DNA of 64,000 nt. Source: Adineta vaga. Its lineage: Eukaryota > Animalia > Rotifera. The notes under the pieces are model-generated. The model worked only from the letters and a program-made list of their open reading frames with translations, searched no databases and had not been told where the DNA came from. The translations under genes were made by a program, and so were the position numbers. Position 1 is the stretch's first letter, and every line of letters starts with the position of its first letter. Below are positions 51,901 to 62,894 of this stretch, one piece after another. The stretch is from NCBI GenBank assembly GCA_021613535.1, contig CP075492.1, positions 15,252,001-15,316,000 on the forward strand, written 5' to 3'.

Positions 51901-53107
51901 GCGACTAATTTAATATTGACTAAGACCTATGCCCTGTATTGGATTCCGAAACTCGTCTTCGACCCTGGTGGAATCGAAATCTAAGTATGCAAACAACTTT
52001 TTTTTTGAGTTCCAGTCGGAGGCGAGAATACTTTTTGCAATCTAACACAAAGTAACATAACTGAAGTAAGAAAATTTGTTTTTACTCTGGGACAATATCA
52101 ATATTATTTCTTGCATATGAACTGACTCTAAAATACTTGCACTAATGTCAGCTCGAGTTCTAGATCGTACTCCAAAGCTTATTATGATGGAATCGGAGCC
52201 GAAGTTAAACAATTTTTTTCGAGTTTTGAGTCGAAATAGAAACAAATTTTTCTTATCTAACCTAAAAAAAGTCTAATTATCGTCGTAAGATGAAATAATG
52301 GCTCACTAACTTAGCTTAGGAGCTCACTATTTGCGAATATCCTAATACAGTGGACTAGTATTGTAAAAAGAGCATTCCTAAAAAGAATATATTTATGTAC
52401 TTGCCTTTGGTGTACCCGTTTCGTCCCTCTGACGGTACCGGTTGAAGCTGCTTATCACATAACAATTGTTCATTTGTTTGCAGTACATTTGTACCACCAA
52501 TCACAGCATAATCAGCTTCACCAGTTCTAAGTGCTTGCACAGCCATAGAAAGTGACACCAAACTGGACGGATGCGTCGTATCAAGTGTCAAATTTGGTCC
52601 ACGTAGATTGAAATGATATGCTAAACGTATTGACGCACTGCAGTTATGCAGGTTTGATACCAAAGGAGCTGTGTCAGAATCAAATCCTTTTTCTGCAATT
52701 ATCAATGGACGTTTATCCGAAGTTTGTTCAATAAATACAGCGGTTTTTGTCCCATTAATTTGGTTAATCGTATAATTTGAATCCTCTAGCAAGTGAACAA
52801 ATTTTTCAAGTAAAATACGATCTGATGGATCTATTATTTGCGCTTCTTGATCGGAAATGCCAAAAAAATCTCGATCAAATTCATCCAATAGTTCTTTCTT
52901 CAAAAAATAACGATGTTGGGTCGATTCTTCACTCGAATTCAGACCAGTACTCAGCAACGGCACAGACTCTAATGACGAATCTGTTTGCTCTGTTTCCACT
53001 TCGCTTCCATGGTGAGCATTGGTTGCCATGAAACTCCATAATGCGTGTGGTGAATGAATGTCATTAGAAAATTCACACGAAATACCGATTAGAGCGATCC
53101 GATCCAT
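39980..53107 (-). CDS. Hybrid PKS-NRPS: KS(inactive)-AT-ACP-C-A-PCP-Pls/PosA-type transmembrane terminal domain
   Basis: Exons 53107-52405, 51596-50928, 50862-48933, 47853-45868, 45808-45478, 45123-44674, 44231-41662, 40231-39980. Motifs: KS IALIGISC, RGPNLTLDT, GEGVALILLKRL, KSNIG; AT GHSVG; ACP GLDSL; C ASYAQERIW and HHIAFDG; A FTSGSTGTPK, SFD, NQYGPAE, YRSGDL, GRKDFQVKLSGQRIETGEIE, NGKVDR; PCP LGASSL; three TM + GA(K/H)IG beta-helix repeats ending WIGSPAK. Three frameshifts (~49070, ~46690, ~45930). Confidence 0.9.
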
Positions 53108-53831
53108 AGTTAGCTATTCGAATCTATAATAAGACGAAACACTTAACAACCGTACTAATATTTTCTCAGAAATATGATTTTGGGTGTGGGTAGATTTAAG
53201 GGCGTGGGTTGGAGCTTTGATCGTGTTTCCATTCGAAACCCACTCTGGCATTAACACAGCCACTGTCTATATCCGTTTTTGGGTGTGCGCGTGGAAAAGG
53301 GGATGATCCAAAATCCAATTCACACTCACCCCATACTCTAATGAGTTCAATATATAATAAACACGTTCCATGAAACTACTAATTACAAAAAAATGGAAAT
53401 GACATTTTGGGCGGTACTCGTTACAGTATTTTGGTTATGGAGAAAGCAACGAATAAAATTCGCAGAGTATTCGTGACAAATAATTTCTTGCACCTGCTGG
53501 GTTTTTTATTCAGATACTTACCTGTGTTACTTCATAAAGAAATATGGTTATCAACGTCGTTTTTATTAAGGATAATAGGATACTTTGAAGTTACAGAATA
53601 CCTATCTAAAGTTATATAGAGACATTGAAGAATCTCGTCTGTTCGTTTAGAGTTGTTGCGTTTTATCTTCAGTAAACAATCTCTTTACAAAAGATCACAG
53701 TTTTCGAAAAATTGTAAACTCATGGATACTGCATTTGCATACAGTATGCAGACCTAAAACAAATTTAGACAATAACCCCCCAAACAATAAGAAATGTTGG
53801 TCTTTACTACCATAGCTGCAGGGTATTAGTA

Positions 53832-53854
53832 TGGGTGTGGGTGTGGGTGCGGGT
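53832..53854 (+). repeat. Short GGGTGT telomere-like tract (one of several dispersed copies)
   Basis: TGGGTGTGGGTGTGGGTGCGGGT; related seeds at ~22468, 34440, 35710, 37607, 41158 and 53181. Confidence 0.75.
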
Positions 53855-53900
53855 ATATTTTATTGACGCATATCTACACCTACACCTATCCTCAGGAACC

Positions 53901-54198
53901 AATGTGCGTCGTATTCGAAATCAATTTATTAAAATGATCTTTGCACAAATTCTTGCAATAGCTCTTATTTCATTACAATGGATGATTATGTATTTATTGT
54001 GGACAGTTTTTTTTAAATAGTGCACCAAATAGTAAACAACGGTACACAATATATTTCTTTTATGCTCTTAGAAATCGATTTTATTATTTAAACAATGTTA
54101 AATCATTTTATGTTTTACTACTAACATCGTATCTATTTCGGAGAACATTTATTAAAGCATTGATTGCATTATTACTGTGTCATCTCCAACATCGATGA
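53901..54198 (+). pseudogene. 5'-truncated GPCR-like fragment (TM6-TM7-helix 8)
   Basis: NVRRIRNQFIKMIFAQILAIALISLQWMIMY...YYLNNVKSFYVLLLTSYLFRRTFIKAL*. A stop/frameshift lies between the parts and there are no upstream TMs. Confidence 0.55.
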
Positions 54199-55279
54199 CA
54201 AACAAGTCAAACAATTATTTTGATAATGACTATCATGAGTATATCAGATTCAAAATTATGGATATATACATTAAATTCTTCTATATTTTATGATTTACTT
54301 TTATATATACAAGAGATATAAATTTATTAGATTTGAGAAGAAATATTAACCAAGTATGATATCATAAAACTCCTAATATTAAAAACACTTCGTCTCCATC
54401 AATCAAACAAAAAACTTAATTTCAATATTGACGAAGTATTATTGGCAAAAAATCCCTTGTCTATTCTTTCTCTTATCCCAGTCCTTGTGTTTTTGCATGT
54501 GGAAATGAGAAAGTTATTAAAATTGATGGCAATTTAGCTGCCAACAAAAATAGTCTAGTTGTATACAAAGTTTTTCTCAGAAAAAATAAATCTACAATGA
54601 AAGAAAGGAATGAAATGTAAATTAATAGGTACTGGTTTACCTCTCTAGGTCTCGTCATCTTCGTAATTTATCAAATTTCTTCCATCATTGTGTAAATATG
54701 ATTATTGAATGGGTATTTTCTTTGAAGAACTTGGAGTTTTCGTACTTTTCTACCGTGCAGACTGAGAGACGAAAAATTTCTTTGTAATACTGAAGCGATC
54801 ACCTATAGGATTTATTTCATCTGTATGAACGTGTCACTTTTAATTTTATAATTATATTTGAATTCAAAAATGAAATACACCTTCAATTAGCGTACAAGTG
54901 AGTGTGAACTGTTTGCTCCGTACACCCACCTTTTCAACCATCTCTCTCAATATTCTATATTAGAAAAAGAATTCTTCTATATTTACTAAAAAAGATAGAA
55001 AAGCAGAAAGATAAATGAGGATATATATATATACATCCTGAACAGGAAAATAATTTGTATGAAGACATTCTCAGTCAAACTATATAAGATGTTTCAATTA
55101 AAATTTTTTTATAATATTTCTATTCTCACTATGATTTATACATCAAGTACAAAGTACAAGTCTAATACTTTAACTCGTCTTAACTCTTATTTGAGGGTAC
55201 GAGTGTGAATGAACAAGAAGTACCATCACCCTTAACCTTCTTCTATCTTTTCCCATCCATTCTGCTTCTACTTCTTCTC

Positions 55280-55570
55280 ACAGATTTCCTCTCTATTCCT
55301 GAAAAAAACCGTTCTTTAGTTTTAAGTCTTCATCTAAAAAGAATTCGAATCTAAAAAACAGATTTCTCATTTACAGTTTTCATCAGTATTTATCGAACAT
55401 TTGGAAAACCTTGGAATTCATCTGTATGTAAAACTATACTTTGAATTTAGTTCTTTCTTTTTCATATAATCATTGACATGCGGTTGTTAGAAAAGAAAAA
55501 ACTGAAAATGTTTTTTTCTGTACGCATAATGACATATTTTAATGTATGGATAATAATTTAAAACCTTTTA
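55280..55570 (+). repeat. Dispersed repeat, copy B (copy A at 11261-11570)
   Basis: Same shared blocks as copy A. Confidence 0.8.
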
Positions 55571-56154
55571 TTTTATTTTCTGTTTGAAAGTTGATTAATG
55601 AATAAAGTTCTTGTATATAGTTTGATCCAATAAATCACTGATAATTGATAAATAATAGGTTTAAGTTTTAATATAAGTTCTCTCAACCTTCAACCACATA
55701 CTCACCCTATTTATGAGCTAAAATATTTCGTTTTCAGCATTCTTTTACTGATTCATTCTTATTTTTTTGAAAAGCACATCAACATTAGAACTGAATTCGA
55801 GATTTGCATTTTTCTTCTCGCGAAGAACTTTGTATTGACTTTACAACAGTTTTATTAAATAAAATTTCAAAAGGCAAACCTCATAAAAAGATTTAATAAG
55901 CATCACTATGTGTTGCAAAATATGCGCGTTGAACAAATGTTCTTTGTTTTTTTACAATTTCATATAATTGACAGCTTGAAAACACATTTCTGCTCACCAA
56001 GTCGCGCATTAACAACCCCGCAAGATTGTCGTTAAAATAATTTGTCAGGCTTTCTCATTTGAAATGCACTGTATATACTAAATGTGGCTATCGATATTTG
56101 AACAAATATATTCTTAAAATATAAATACAACACATTCTCATTTTATTTCTCAAA

Positions 56155-57072
56155 ATGTCGGCAACGAGATTTCACAAACAAATGAGCAAATTAAAACGAT
56201 TGTGTGATTATATCATCAAGATACACTTTTACGATGATACTGAAGATATCTCATTCATTGATCAATTATTTGCAACAAGAATTTTGCTTTCCCTCTTCTC
56301 CCTCATTCTCATTATTATTATTCTCTTCACCACTTTTACTCTTCAAACACATTCTGTCACAATTAAATCATCATCTGAATATCTCTTCAAACAACTTTCT
56401 TTTCGTTATTCAAGTACATTATCATGTTCAAGTTCACAAACATCCATTCGTCATAGTCAATTTGTCAATCAATCCTTTATTTCATCTTTATCTGATGTAA
56501 ACAAAAATAAATATCATTGGAAAGATTATCGTATAATAATCGCATCTCATTTTCAAATTCTTGCTTTACTATGTCAAATAATTCAACGAATTATTACTGA
56601 TTCGTTGAATGAGTTTTATTCTGAAGAGATCTTAACTACGCAAGTTCTAACTCAAGATATATTTGATGCTCAAGTAGAGCAGCTTGTAGAACGATTAAAA
56701 GCAAGAAATACTGCTGATATGAAATATAAAAGTGACACTCTCTGGTTAAATATTTTGCAGAATGGAATTTACACAGGATTCAGAACAAATTATGCCATTT
56801 TTCAACCTCTTGAAACTACAAATCTTTATAGCTCTTCCATCATATATATCAATTCAAACAGCACTTTTACTTGTCAAAAAAGCATAGGATGTACACAGCA
56901 AGCTGCATTTTACGATTCGCCGCATTTTGTACTAATCAATAGCTCATTGATAATAAGCGTATTGGTAAGTGAGCCACGTGCAAACTTATTATTTCGTATT
57001 CCAAATATGATGATTGGTTATTTACCATACACTTCATTACTTCAATCAACACTTGGATGTTTCTATAATTAA
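56155..57072 (+). pseudogene. Degenerate member of an expanded Cys-patterned transmembrane protein family
   Basis: 305-aa ORF with an N-terminal TM (ATRILLSLFSLILIIIILF), LSC..SQTSI, FQILALLCQ and LLQSTLGCFYN*SCI. The stop falls inside a motif and the sequence decays afterwards. Confidence 0.6.
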
Positions 57073-58530
57073 TCGTGCATCACTCAAATTCAATCATCAT
57101 TCATCAGTGCTTTTTCATTCGTTTTGCATCGAATACAATCGTATTTGTAGTAGTTTTTGTTTGAAATTATGAAATATTGTTTGTTATCATTAGTTTGAAA
57201 GATCTCAAGTTTTATTCAATCCTTCAATATTAATAACCATAATATTTTGTACTTTCACCAATAAAATCTTTTAGATCATCAAAAAAAAGTTTTTTGTTTC
57301 ATTCTACATATCATTCCTCCCAAATGATTTATTATCAACGATATCAGATCAGCCAGGTAAACGTACTTCCTACAAAGAAAACATTTTTTTCGGATATTGT
57401 TTTCATATATAGGTAATGTATTGGTTTGTTTACGTCACGCTCAATTTAAATTTAGAAATAACCAAAGTACGAAATTTGTTTTTCGTTCTATCCTTGTAAA
57501 GACAAGAGCGAAAACAATAGTTACGTATATTACGAAGTTGTCATCATACATAATAGTGTCTTCGATCGTAATTTCAAGGTTCAATAATCAACAAATGCAT
57601 TGTAGAATGTAATAATGAAAATGTGTAATTGACGTGACCAGAGATATTGAGAGTATGGAAAATATTTATATTAGAGTTGATTACTGATACAATCCTTCAT
57701 TTTATTTTCAACATGAAATTGATGATTATAATGGGAGAAAGATCTGATAATCTTTGTATATATTGATAGAATTCATCACAAGAACTATATGTTCGACAAT
57801 CTAAACATCATATAGGAAAAAGAGCTTGTTTATAGTATCAAATTGTTCTACAATACCAACATTTTTGTGCAATATTATATAATCATTTTCTAAATTTGCA
57901 AATGAATCAAAAACTATTAAAAGAAAAACTTTAAAAAATAGATCGTATTCATTATCCCGTAAACAGATAGATAATGAAACTACTTTAAATGAATGTGTCA
58001 TTTATCGTTAAGATTAATTACGAAGGAAGTAGGTAACGTTAGAGGAAAAAACCAACATAACGTATTCAAGGTCGTTAATATGACACACAATAATCCTGAG
58101 ATACGACAGAACATTATTTACTGTAAATTACTATGAAAAGCACTAATTAAAATGAATAAAAATGTTCAAAAAGATATTTAAATTCCTTGAGTGATAAATG
58201 TGTTCAATATATAATGATACAAGGAAAGTTAACAATAGAAATTTATTCAAGGTTATCAAAAATTTTTGTTTATTTGTATTTCATACGTAAAAAGCAATCG
58301 AGCATGAAAAACCAAGGTATTTAAGAGCATTTTTTTTCATATTTATCCACCGATCGTGACGAAACCTTAAATTCAGGTAAGTACTCAGAAGATGATATAG
58401 AATTATGTTGTCTTATCGTTCCGCATCGCTAAATACTGATCCACCATCTGATATGACTACTCCTACAAACAATGCTGTGAACAAATACTGACCGAGTAAG
58501 AAATTATTATCTTATGATAACATCAATTGC

Positions 58531-60969
58531 TTGTTCTATCTATCAAGGACTCGACAAGAATTTACATGGTTTCCAATGTTAGCAATACTTTGTATTGGTT
58601 TAGTGATTTTCGTAGTAGCAGCAATTATTGTCTTGTCCTTAATTCCTATTTATTTGACATACAGAGCTGTCGACAGTAACAATATTTGTAAGTATTCTAT
58701 TTTCATTGATTATTTAATAGTTAATATATATTCACCTTAAGATAAAGACTCTTTCTTTTTGGAATATATATCTAATAATGCAATCAATTCACCTTACAGT
58801 GGACCTATCATGAATTCAGACGCCATGACGAACCAGGTAGAATTTTATTCTTGGTTTTATTAATTATATTATTTGAAATTTTCAGATGATGACAAGTCTT
58901 GGTTTGAAGAATAGTTTTTCAGTTGTTCGAGCTCGAAGTGATATGAAAGACATCGGACAGACAACTAAGATTGACAAACGTGCAATTGAATCGATTATCT
59001 ATCGATTTCGTTTTCATGCTAAGATTAACAATTCTTCAGGATGTAGAACTGATGCATGTGTAACAAAACTATTCAAAACTATTCAAAAAAGTTGTGAACA
59101 AAAACGTCAATATGAAATCACATCTCAATTTACGGCCGAATTGATTTCTTCGTATACGATTAACTATGTTGCCATTTATCGAACACGTAAATATGATTGA
59201 TACTATTCGTTGTTGTTATTATTCTCGTCTCTTATTCCTTTTTTTTAGTTCCTGCGGATTGGTTGAATGATTTAACTGATAACGACAATTCAATAGAAAG
59301 TAAAAATTAAAATGACATTTAAAATTTCAATAATTTTAACATTCACTCTTTTTTTGTATAATCAATAAACTTAGATGATCCCATTAGAATAGCAATGAGA
59401 AATCTCACTTATATTGGTAATTATCCGATTCTTCCATTTAAACAATATTACGCATTAACAACAGTTCCGAAATTCAACATACGCGATCCTGATTCCATTA
59501 GACAAGCATTATTTGATTCATATTTATCATCATTTCCTCATGCTCGGAAAGATCTTCGACAACTCATTGCAAATGATCCCGGAATAAAAAAACTGGAATC
59601 GATGTTTGTCGATATCACCACGTCAATACTTGAGGTTGAAGGAGAAGAACAAGCTTCGAAGGATTTAACCACAATATTAACTATGTCAGCAATTGGACCA
59701 CCATCCGATACTATTGCAAGCAATAGTCGTAAACGAAGAAGTGCGTTACAGAGAAGATACGACCTCGTAGTAGGAGGTCAAAAATTAGTACTACTTCAAA
59801 GCATAACAGAGCTAGCTTTAGTATTTCCAGTACTATATGAATCTACTAAACTGATATTCACTGGAATAGCTACGATTATACCATTGGCTTTCTCAGGTAT
59901 ATTCTCTGTAGCAGCAATAGCACCAATGATGCGAGTTGCAGCGGGAGCGGCTCAAATATATTTTGCATATTCAACGATTAATGATGTTGTTCAGAACGCC
60001 AAAGATTTAGTTGATTTTTTACGTGATCATGGATCATTTATTGATGTGCATTCTATAAATTATATCACACAAGTATTTCAATGCGGTTTAAATAGCTTAA
60101 ATGCTACATTAACAGTGGGATCACTCAGTATTACACGACCGCTTATTTCAACAGCGCTATCAGTCATGTTTGAAGTAATAAACCGATTTATTAAATCTTT
60201 ACAAGCTCTTCAGAAAGTATTAGAGGAATATCCAAAATTTGATATTTTTCATGACTACGCCGTTGGAGAAGTCCTTGATGCAATAAAATCTCAACTTGAA
60301 AAAACAACAACTGATACAATAAAACCTGATTCAGGTGATAGTGATATAGCTGTAACTTACTCTGAACATTGTCGAGGTACGTTTGATGCATATAAATGTG
60401 ATTGTTCGAACCTTAAACCAGGTACATATGAAGTAGGCTTAAGAATTTTTATCAATAATCCTGATTTCTTTACTGAAAAGACTGTTCTGATAAGAAATAC
60501 TATTTTAAATGCAACATGTACTGATATAACAGATACCGATAATGAGTGCAAAATAATCGATCCAGTCACAACATGCATCACTAGCGCATGTAACAATCAA
60601 TCGGAATTGGTATATGTTAATACCAGCCAATCTATTAACTACTGTCAGCAACAAGTGCCACTTATAATTTCACATTATAGTTTCAAAACAGGTGGAAGTG
60701 AATGTACGGAATATATACAAGATGATCAAACACCAGATTTAAAGTTTAATCACAAACGTCAATTGGGAGTTAGGATTTTCGATCAAAATGCAGTTGGAAC
60801 TTATAATATCAGTAGATGCGGATTTTATACACCATCGATTATTTACTGTCTTCAAATATATCCTAGTGTACCTTTTAGTGGTATGTGTGGTTATGGATGT
60901 AGTCCTGATCATAACAGATGTGCTCCTTGTCCTTGTTGTCAATTCAAACAAGCAACTATGCCAGGATGA
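58531..60969 (+). CDS. Multi-exon type II membrane protein with furin-like site, hydrophobic helical region and Cys-rich C-terminus
   Basis: In-phase exons ...-58687, 58742-58836, 58886-59186, 59249-59299 and 59375-60969. TM segment AILCIGLVIFVVAAIIVLSLIPIYL, RKRR site, C-terminal CGYGC...CAPCPCC. The first exon and start codon are unresolved. Confidence 0.75.
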
Positions 60970-61650
60970 ACAAATCGAATTGAAACATTTTTCATTTGAC
61001 ACTTCAAATCAGTGACTTTCTCCATATATTAAATAACTACTAACTCATCTTTAATCAAGAAATTTCACTAATTTTATCGTGTTTTTTATTCAGGATTAAA
61101 TAAAAGTTTTTAATTTATATGCAGAATCTTTTGATCCTAGTTATATCGGCAGTAAAATGCATAAATATATTAACTATAGATGAGAAAAACCGAAAAGAAT
61201 ATGATCAATGATTAGATTTTCAAATTAAAACAAACAATTCATCGATTTGATGTGAACATTGTCCGTTATCGAAGGAATGTGATGGGTCATCGGCTAGAAA
61301 TGAAGAAGTTCATACTCAAAGTTTCATGTTTCTATCAAAAATCGTTTTCAAATAGCTCAAGGAATCTATAATCAAATCCTTTCTCACTAAATTATGATAC
61401 TTCTGACTCTTCAATAACTCACGTTCATGTATACATTACAAAATACTATTTTTGAAGTTTTTTTTGCTAAATGATTGATGATATTTTCTATATATCACTG
61501 ATAGTATTAGCCTACGATGTATTCCTTTTGAAACTTTCATATTTCATTGTAGGCTATAAATTATGTCTTTTGTCATTGTTTTATAATACAAACATGCTCT
61601 TAATATAAAGAAGTGTTCGTTTATTTCTCAAGGTGATGAAAACTACAACT

Positions 61651-61925
61651 CACAAACAAATGATCAAACTTAAACGATTATATCATCAAGATAAACTTTT
61701 TCGATGCCAAAGAAGATATCTCACCCACTGATCAATTATTGGCAACAACAATCTTTACTTCATTGTCATGTCCATGTTCATAAGCATCGATTCATTATGA
61801 TCCGTTTCTATTATTTCATTCACAATATCGCCCAATCTATTCAAATCAATCTGTCCATCAATCATTTACTTCATCTTTATTCGATATAAACAAGTATAAA
61901 TATTATTTGAAAGATTATCGGATAA
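61651..61925 (+). pseudogene. Deleted paralogous fragment of the 56155-57072 gene
   Basis: Nucleotide similarity: CACAAACAAATGA(T/G)CAAA...TTATATCATCAAGATA...GAAGATATCTCA...TGATCAATTATT...GCAACAA and AAAGATTATCG match 56173-56531. Confidence 0.75.
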
Positions 61926-62235
61926 TAAAACAAACCAATGAAGTTGGTATGAGTGATCAAATGAAAGCATTGAGTAAACAATTTGCTATTTTACATGGAA
62001 GTATATTGTGATTTATCCATTTCTTACATGTCCGATCATTGCTCAAAAGACATAAAAAAAATTTTGACATTGTTTTTGAACGTTTATTTTCAATAAAATC
62101 TGAGAGATCTCAAAGAAAAGAAAAATAAGCAAAGCAAAAGTATAAGCGAATAAAACTGATATTGATTATGGTTTTTGTCAAGAAAAAGCGTGCTCAACAG
62201 TCTATTTTAGTTTCGAACATTTACTGCTGTATGGT

Positions 62236-62894
62236 TCAATTCGCTGTCGTTTTTTTCTGAATATATATTTCGATAAAGTTCATCATACGTGGTATCATAA
62301 ATCTCAAAGCTGTTACTAAACCTCCAACAAGACCAATAATTGTTGTAATTATATAAATAATTGTATTTTTCACGGTAGAAACATAAGTACATTGTAATGG
62401 CGAACATTCATTGAAATAATTCTCATACATAATTGTTTTATTCCATTGATCAATCATTAATTGATTAGTTACGTCTAACATCGTTGTATTTGTTGTAAAA
62501 TGAATTAATAACGATGAATCTAATGGCGTCATATTTAATGCTGATGACATGGAATAGAATGATTCAACTGCATCAATACATGTTTGATTATAAAAACATG
62601 GTAAATCCGATTTATTTTAAAAACCTGGAATCAACAATAACGGAATTCCTGTAATTGCATAATAAAACCCAATGAATGCCATACATGTTGGTGTATGATC
62701 ACAATAACATTTCTTGTACATTTCCGATGGAAGTGTTATTACATTTTCATTAATATTAACTTATCATCATAAAATTATATAAGAGAAGAAAGCCGTTCAT
62801 TTTGAAGTTCATGTTCATCCGTTGAAGGTGGTATTGAAGGAAATACATTAAGATTTTGAAAATAAACTTTTATTTCGCCAAAGAAGCGTCCCAT
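62236..62894 (-). pseudogene. Internally deleted member of the same transmembrane protein family
   Basis: An N-terminal piece LNVFPSIPPSTDEHELQNERLSS sits near a C-terminal piece (CFYNQTCID...LMIDQWNKTIMYENYFNECSPLQCTY...IITTIIGLVGGLVTALRFMIP), with stops between them. Confidence 0.6.

Noticed and set aside
39980-53107. Bacterial contaminant or prokaryotic operon interpretation
   Set aside because: Conserved motifs are interrupted by spliceosomal introns, and the locus is contiguous with metazoan-type genes (SLC5, GPCR) of similar composition.
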